Origin: a virus
Virus record (IMG/VR): IMGVR_UViG_3300022666_000353
Location: 1-64,000 of that record
Length of the DNA: 64,000 nucleotides
Reading direction: 5' to 3' (one strand)
Shown: positions 63,210 through 64,000 of the stretch, in pieces
Numbering within the stretch: the stretch's first letter is position 1
Layout of the letters: the number at the start of each line of letters is the position of its first letter
Notes under the pieces: model-generated
The model's input: only the letters and a program-made list of their open reading frames with translations
The model's database searches: none
What the model was told of the DNA's origin: nothing
Made by a program: the position numbers and the translations under genes

Positions 63210-64000
63210 ATGACTGACATTAATTACACGTTAGGGCAGCCGTTTTCATTTATGCAATCATCGAGCGTTTCCATGCTCGACGGGCGCTTCGAAGCCACCA
63301 TTAGTATTTTCGACGCAGGTGTGCGCGTTCTTCGCATTTCAGAGGCCAACAGCAATGTTTTGATTTCGCGGCAGGAGGACAGTATCACGTTTTTAACTGC
63401 GGCCAACGTCATGTCTGGACTTACAGCAAAAACGTATACATACAGTGTTCGCCTGATGAAGCCTGACCTGGCCGAGATTGAGTTAGCGTCAGGAAACCTC
63501 GTCGTTTACGGAACGCCTTCAGTTACGCGGCCCGCTGCGGGTACGCTTACGTTTGCTTATCCTATGCACTACCGGATTACTCCGGTCAATGCGGGCAACA
63601 CGACGGTACACGCTGCGATTACGCTGCCTGACGCAGATACTTTGGACGTAGCTACAGCTATTACTAACCCTGATTATCCCCGCGTGCTGTCCATTACTGG
63701 AAGCGCGTCGGGCATTACGGGTAATGTAGTTATTACCGGAACCAACATTAACGACGAGGCCATTACAGACACCATTGCCCTGAGTGGGGCGTCCACGGTT
63801 AATGGTACCAAGGCTTTTAAGACGGTCACAAACATCAACGTGCCGGCCAAGACCAACGCTTCTGGAGACACGGTTGCTGTAGGCGTCACCAAACTTATCG
63901 GCTTGCCTCATGTGGTAGCGTCCGTAGCTCAGGTATTCCTGAAGATTTTTGATGGCACCGCTGAAACCGGCACGGTCGCAAGGGATAATGCCGTTGAGAA
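63210..64000 (+). CDS. Probable virion structural protein (runs off the window; absent from ORF track)
   Basis: Open frame MTDINYTLGQPF...ITNPDYPRVLSITG...VITGTNINDEAITDTIAL..GTKAFKTVTNI; T/A/G/V-rich. Confidence 0.75.
   Translation, partial: MTDINYTLGQPFSFMQSSSVSMLDGRFEATISIFDAGVRVLRISEANSNVLISRQEDSITFLTAANVMSGLTAKTYTYSVRLMKPDLAEIELASGNLVVYGTPSVTRPAAGTLTFAYPMHYRITPVNAGNTTVHAAITLPDADTLDVATAITNPDYPRVLSITGSASGITGNVVITGTNINDEAITDTIALSGASTVNGTKAFKTVTNINVPAKTNASGDTVAVGVTKLIGLPHVVASVAQVFLKIFDGTAETGTVARDNAVE

Overview
A 64-kb segment of a large, probably temperate, tailed dsDNA phage. Host phylum cannot be fixed from the sequence; Chloroflexota is a weak guess. A tyrosine integrase occupies 1-966 (+). 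A long minus-strand arm (1.1-55.3 kb) carries replication and recombination genes (Rad52-like annealase, DnaB-like helicase, HNH nuclease, PolA, ParB, MTases), then about 50 small early genes (13-33 kb) with several paralog pairs, a moron-like MTase-Mrr island, a lysis gene, ThyX, a ~3.8-kb non-coding RNA operon (42.57-46.35 kb), class II RNR, RNase HI and SSB. The plus-strand late arm (55.4-64 kb) has a sigma-region-4 regulator, TerS/TerL, portal and a truncated virion protein. The most striking signal is the RNA operon. It holds canonical and anticodon-deviant tRNAs, a compact tmRNA with a ~30-aa tag, several tRNA-like or unknown structured RNAs, and a ~444-nt RNA whose base appears to mimic the uL11-binding H43/H44 domain of 23S rRNA with a compensatory base change. 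Other notable signals: a 16-bp palindrome AGTCYAYATRTRGACT at gene junctions, an over-represented CTGTGTC heptamer, apparent GATC avoidance, a candidate late-promoter motif, and a promoter-driven ~650-nt hairpin-rich non-coding tract after TerL. All calls were made by eye; no searches were run.
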